A stretch of DNA of 64,000 bases, taken from NCBI GenBank assembly GCA_046290465.1, contig JBKAGP010000001.1, positions 2,656,001-2,720,000 of the forward strand. Reading direction: 5' to 3'. A program made the translations under genes and the position numbers. Each line of letters opens with the position of its first letter. The first letter of the stretch is position 1. The notes beneath the pieces were generated by a model. That model was not told where the DNA came from and did not search any database. It saw only the letters and a list, made by a program, of their open reading frames with translations. Origin of the DNA: Planctomycetota bacterium. Its GTDB lineage: Bacteria > Planctomycetota > UBA1135 > UBA2386. This document shows positions 62,594-64,000 of this stretch, piece after piece.

Positions 62594-64000
62594 GCAACGG
62601 CAACCAAAGGGACCGCCGCAATGGCCCGCGCAGCAGCCGCCGCGGCTTCCTGCGCCTCGGCGCGGCGCTCGCCGCCGGCTCGACGGTGGCCGCGTGCGCC
62701 GGCTCGCCGCAGGGGCGCGGCGGCAACCGCGACATGGTCTCCAAGGAGGAGAGCCTGCGCATCTGGGAGGAGGGCAAGGGTGTGCCGTACGAGATCGGCG
62801 ACCAGCACATGCCCGGTGTCTGCCAGCTGCCCGGCCCCAACCGCAAGGTTCGCTTCCCGGACCCGGACAAGTACAAGAACACCACCCAGGTGCACGGCAT
62901 GTGCCAGCTGTGCTCGACGGTGTGTGGCATCACCGGCCACGTCAAGGACGGCCGCATCCTCAAGGTCGACGGCAACCCCAACGACCCGAACTCGCGCGGC
63001 AAGCTGTGCGCGCGCGGCCAGGCGGCGCTCAACCACCAGTACCACCCCGAGCGGCTGCTCTACCCGCTGAAGCGGGTCGGCCCGCGCGGCAGCGGCCAGT
63101 GGCGACGGATCACCTGGGAGGAGGCCTACGACGAGCTCGCGACGCGGCTCAAGCAGGTCAAGGAGTCCGGCAAGCCCGAGGAGTTCGCGTTCCACCAGGG
63201 CCGCAACCGCAGCAAGGACGCCGTCAACCGCTTCCTGCGCGCGTTCGGCACCAACACCGCGCTCAACCACCGCGGCCTGTGCTCGGCGTCGCGCCGCGCG
63301 GCGGCGCTGACGTACCTGTTCGAGAGCGACTGGGACCTCGGCGACTACGAGCGCTCGAAGTACATCCTGAACTTCGGCTCGAACATGTTCGAGGCGCACC
63401 AGGGCCACGTCGCCGGCGCGCAGCGCATCCAGCGCGGCCGCTTCGAGAACGGCGCCAAGCTGGTGACGTTCGACGTGCGGATGTCGAACACGGCCGGCAA
63501 CTCGGACGAGTTCTACATGCCCGCGCCCGGCACCGACGGCGCCGTCGCGCTCGGCATGGCGCACACGATCATCAGCGAGAAGCTCTACGACGCCGAGTTC
63601 TTCGAGGACTGGGCCAACGTGCCGCTCGCGGAGCTCTGGGAGCAGATCAAGCAGTACACGCCCGAGTGGGCCGAGCAGACCTCGACGATTCCGGCGGACA
63701 CGATCCGTCGCATCGCGCGCGAGTTCGCGGCGGCAGCGCCGGCCGCGACCACGATGTGCAACCGCGGCTCGAGCGCGCACATCAACGGCTACACCAACGA
63801 CCGCTGCATCATCCTGCTCAACGTGCTGGTCGGCTCGGTCGGCAAGCCCGGCGGCCTGTGCTGGATGTGGACCGGCGGCTACGACAAGAAGCGGTTCCCC
63901 GAGCCGAAGATGCCGCCTTCGCCGAAGACGCCGTCGCTGCTCGCCGACCCGCCGGAGTTCGTGCTGTCGAACGTCTGGAACAAGATGAAGGTCGGCGAGA
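62590..64000 (+). CDS. Tat-exported DMSO-reductase-family molybdopterin catalytic subunit (PsrA/PhsA-like), truncated at the window edge
   Basis: Read manually. ATG 62590 overlaps the upstream stop. SRRGFL, VAAC, CQLCSTVCG..GKLCARG, ERLLYPLKRVG, NHRGLCS, FGSN, PGTDGA. Confidence 0.92.
   Translation, partial: MSNGNQRDRRNGPRSSRRGFLRLGAALAAGSTVAACAGSPQGRGGNRDMVSKEESLRIWEEGKGVPYEIGDQHMPGVCQLPGPNRKVRFPDPDKYKNTTQVHGMCQLCSTVCGITGHVKDGRILKVDGNPNDPNSRGKLCARGQAALNHQYHPERLLYPLKRVGPRGSGQWRRITWEEAYDELATRLKQVKESGKPEEFAFHQGRNRSKDAVNRFLRAFGTNTALNHRGLCSASRRAAALTYLFESDWDLGDYERSKYILNFGSNMFEAHQGHVAGAQRIQRGRFENGAKLVTFDVRMSNTAGNSDEFYMPAPGTDGAVALGMAHTIISEKLYDAEFFEDWANVPLAELWEQIKQYTPEWAEQTSTIPADTIRRIAREFAAAAPAATTMCNRGSSAHINGYTNDRCIILLNVLVGSVGKPGGLCWMWTGGYDKKRFPEPKMPPSPKTPSLLADPPEFVLSNVWNKMKVGE

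Overview
High-GC, gene-dense bacterial chromosomal window with about 47 CDS. I saw no rRNA, tRNA, CRISPR array or transposase. The gene repertoire (tandem sulfatase, ECF sigma factor next to a TPR Ser/Thr kinase, WDG-repeat secreted protein) suggests a Planctomycetota-like organism; this is inference only. In order, the window holds: a UDP-sugar cluster (GT4, galE, uxs, ugd, divergent eukaryote-like UDPGP); DinG; SPFH plus an Arc-like repressor with a candidate operator; an AT3 acyltransferase; two POT transporters; yebC; a double sulfatase; DPP-IV; an AlgJ/X-like protein with a frameshifted AlgI-like MBOAT; gpsA, plsY and hydantoinase A; a degenerate HD-GYP protein; a split Zrg-like ABC/DUF3299 locus around two di-heme DHOR proteins, a matrixin and a glutaminyl-cyclase-like M28 protein; eboE; the kinase/ECF pair; a 2-phosphoglycerate kinase-like protein; LOG; a sigma54-driven operon (Ddl-like ATP-grasp fused to a degenerate M20 domain, non-canonical GGT, N-formylglutamate amidohydrolase, Lys-rich protein, Ser/Thr kinase, PP2C) with a divergent sigma54 activator and MscK-like channel; ZntB; a papain-like protease; and the start of a Tat-exported Fe-S/molybdopterin oxidoreductase operon. 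The two best candidates for something undescribed are (1) the sigma54 ATP-grasp/pseudo-M20/GGT/FGase operon and (2) an apparent Gln-at-+1 rule in exported proteins paired with an animal-type glutaminyl cyclase. All family calls come from motif recognition by eye; no database searches were run.
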